DNA of 63,240 bases, the filler included. It is 11 parts of 11 records of this genome, joined end to end, with 100 filler letters (N's around TTAATTAATTAA, not from the genome) between each part and the next. Parts side by side here need not be neighbours in the genome. Positions count along the whole stretch, not along the records: positions 58,208 to 63,240 come from SRR31147125_228050; 10 more parts are not named here. One strand, 5' to 3'. The notes beneath the pieces are model-generated. The model was not told the origin of the DNA, did not search any database, and saw nothing but the letters and a program-made list of their open reading frames with translations. Both the position numbers and the translations under genes were made by a program. Below, one piece after another: positions 61,201-63,240 of the stretch; the first letter of the stretch is position 1; every line of letters begins with the position of its first letter.

Positions 61201-63240
61201 CACGCTCCAGGGGAAGAACACGCAGCTCACCCTCCATACGCGAAAGGGAATCTTCCAGGAAGCAGCTTCTCGCCTCGCCCACCAGTCCGCGTACACTGGC
61301 CACAAAACCCCCGAGTCGACGCAAGACAGCAAGGTCCGACAAGAGATAGTCACGTGCGTGATTCCCCTGGCATTTCTCATCACGACACGTCCCGTGGAGT
61401 TCGAAGCGACAGAAGACGCGGTGGAAGTCAATTGCGTGAAAGATTGTCCGAGAGGTGAGGGCATACCCCCCCCATAACGGAACGAGGCACGGAGGCGTGA
61501 CGAACGGAATTGCACAAGCGGACTCGCTGGATCTTGATGCCCTGTCGTCAACGTTGCAGGGAGATTGGTGTCTTGTGGAAGGTGGCAACGAGACACGGGA
61601 GCATCCACCTGACTCGAGGCGGTTTTGTCGGCATGGACGGCGCGAGACACGCGCTCATCCACCTCTGCTTGCATCAATGCCATTTCAGTCGTTCCTGCCC
61701 TTTGTTTCCACACTTCTAGGCTCTCTTTGGATTCCCGATATCGGTCCTCCAGAGTGGCAATTCGTGGGGCGAGATTGTCCTTTTCTCGTTGCCACTTCAC
61801 CACATTGGCTTCGGCCTGGAACAATGCGACGGGATCAAACCACAAATCCACGGCTATCAAACCTCGCACCTCTCGTAGCTGGTCACGAAGAGCTGTTGCC
61901 CGGGCGCGCTGTTCTACCAGTAGTTGCATCACCTCTGTCTGACGTTGGCGCTCTTCCACAAGTACTCGTTCAATGGCATTGGATTCCGCTCGAGTACGAT
62001 CCCGGGATAGGACTGCCTGACGCGCCTCACGACGAAGGTCCCCAACTCCTCGATCTTCAGGTCTCTTGGGTGGACGGCTTGCTATTTTCTTGTGTGGAGC
62101 TATCTTCCCAGAGGTTAGCGTCCTCAACTGATGGAGTTCTGCCTCGTGCATCGCAATGCGCCGTCGGAGATTTTCAAGTTCACGTTCCTTGTTGTGGGAT
62201 TGGACAGTCGGTGGTCGGCTTGTCTCAGGAGGACCTTTCATTGGGGGTGGCGTGGGTTCCTTGGCTGTCCGAGCTTCAATTCGCGCTTTCATTTCTTGAA
62301 TGAACCCATCCACACGACTCCGCATTCCAGCGCGGGTTCCTTCCTTCTCACCCTCTTCTCCTTCTTCCTCTGAAGAACTGTTATCGGCTGGGATGATCAA
62401 TGGGGGGCGAAGGGTTGTGGAGGATGCTTTCTTGTTGGTAGGAGCAGATCTGGTGGCCTGGGGTTTGGGTTTGGACTGGGGTTTGGGTTTGGACTGGGGT
62501 TTGGACTGGGGTTTGGGCATGGGCACGGGGATTGTTCGTCTGGAGGTAGCTTGAGGGCGGGTGGTCCTCTTCCTCTCCCCGCGGCGTTGTCCAGACGGTA
62601 GGAGATCCGCCATACCTTGCAATGGAATTCCTGAAGGACCCAGGACCTCCGAAGGTATCCAATGAATCCCTTGAGCTTGAGATGGGAAGGGGGCCAACGA
62701 CGAACGCATGTTCTGAACATCTGAATCGCCAATCAGTCATTTGCGTGGGCAGCTTGGATACACAGACAGACGCTGTAGGCCTCCACGCACGTGCCACGCC
62801 ACCAATAAACGGGCACAACAGCGTTTCGTCGGCCCTCTCACAGAGATCTTCTTCTTCGCACATCAAGTAGCCACACAGCACCACAAAAATACAAGGCGTG
62901 CGGGCGTCGCAACGTGCGGAAAGAGAAATATGAAAGAGAAGAACATACCTACTCCATGGAATTTCCTCGACAGCGTCCTCTGTCGTTGTTGTTCCAGTGC
63001 TTGCGATTCCCGTAAAATGGGCACGAAGAGCTACCGCTTCTCTGGGTGGTGGATCGCGTCTACGGGCGGGCGAGTGGATACGCCAACGTGTTAGGGACTT
63101 CGCCTCACGTAGTTTGCGGATGGGATGACGGGAACGTTGGTGCGAGTAGAAGGGGCGACGTGTTTGCGTGCGAACGGGGGGAGAAGTAGGAGGCCGAGAC
63201 GCAGGAGGGAGAGGAGAAGAAGAAGAAGAAGAAGAAGGAG
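58208..63240 (-). CDS. ZFC3H1: Eukaryotic multi-exon gene, ZFC3H1/Red1-like (low-complexity N-terminus, coiled coil, zf-C3H1, HAT-like repeats), partial
   Basis: SPLVQFRSSRL...AIDFHRVFCRFELHGTCRDEKCQGNHARDY (needs one G added at 61466-61473), PRYF, ALSYLARGLEAHQHSVPLWALYL; GTGCGT/GTACGT/GTGAGT introns. That the last ~800 nt belong to the same gene is an inference. Confidence 0.8.
58872..58895. repeat. (AAC)8 microsatellite, probably intronic
   Basis: Read directly; lies just after a GTACGT donor on the minus strand. Confidence 0.85.
62458..62517 (-). repeat. Coding tandem repeat (PKPQSK)n
   Basis: 6/12/18-nt units GGGTTT and GGACTG encode PKPQSKPQSKPKPQSKPKPQ. Confidence 0.85.
63216..63236. 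repeat. (GAA)7 microsatellite, poly-Ser on the minus strand
   Basis: The minus-strand frame PSSSSSSSPLPP is open into the ZFC3H1-like gene. Confidence 0.7.

Noticed and set aside
62458-62517. GGGTTT-rich tract as telomeric repeat
   Set aside because: Internal, irregular and in frame as PKPQSK repeats within an ORF.

Overview
This window is not one genomic locus. It is 11 unrelated metagenomic contigs of about 5-6.5 kb, joined by identical 100-nt spacers (N44-TTAATTAATTAA-N44). Contigs 1-3 (1-6544, 6645-11984, 12085-17404) look clostridial. They carry an MCP preceded by an unidentified terminated structured RNA, a cobalamin-riboswitch-led ABC importer whose binding protein has a flavinylation (FMN-binding) domain, the groEL 3' end, and an ECF sigma/anti-sigma locus with an in-frame stop in the sigma gene and a second matching ECF promoter nearby. 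Contigs 4, 5, 7 and 10 look like Desulfobacterota (xerC/peroxiredoxin/MSHA genes; lptD-DHH-mltB-DUF62-aroA; AraC/MMPL/TonB receptor; arylsulfatase/HAD/GshB-like genes). Contig 6 has an NRPS-type carrier-reductase terminus, a CPBP protease, a membrane LuxR regulator, a binding protein-kinase pair and an IS remnant. Contig 8 is part of the anaerobic purine-degradation cluster (carbamate kinase-ssnA-ygfK-xdh). Contigs 9 and 11 are eukaryotic with short GT-AG introns: a PF6/SPAG17 flagellar central-pair gene and a ZFC3H1/Red1-like gene. Several frameshifts are single missing bases in homopolymers and are probably sequencing errors. Taxonomy and family calls come from motif recognition only; no searches were run.
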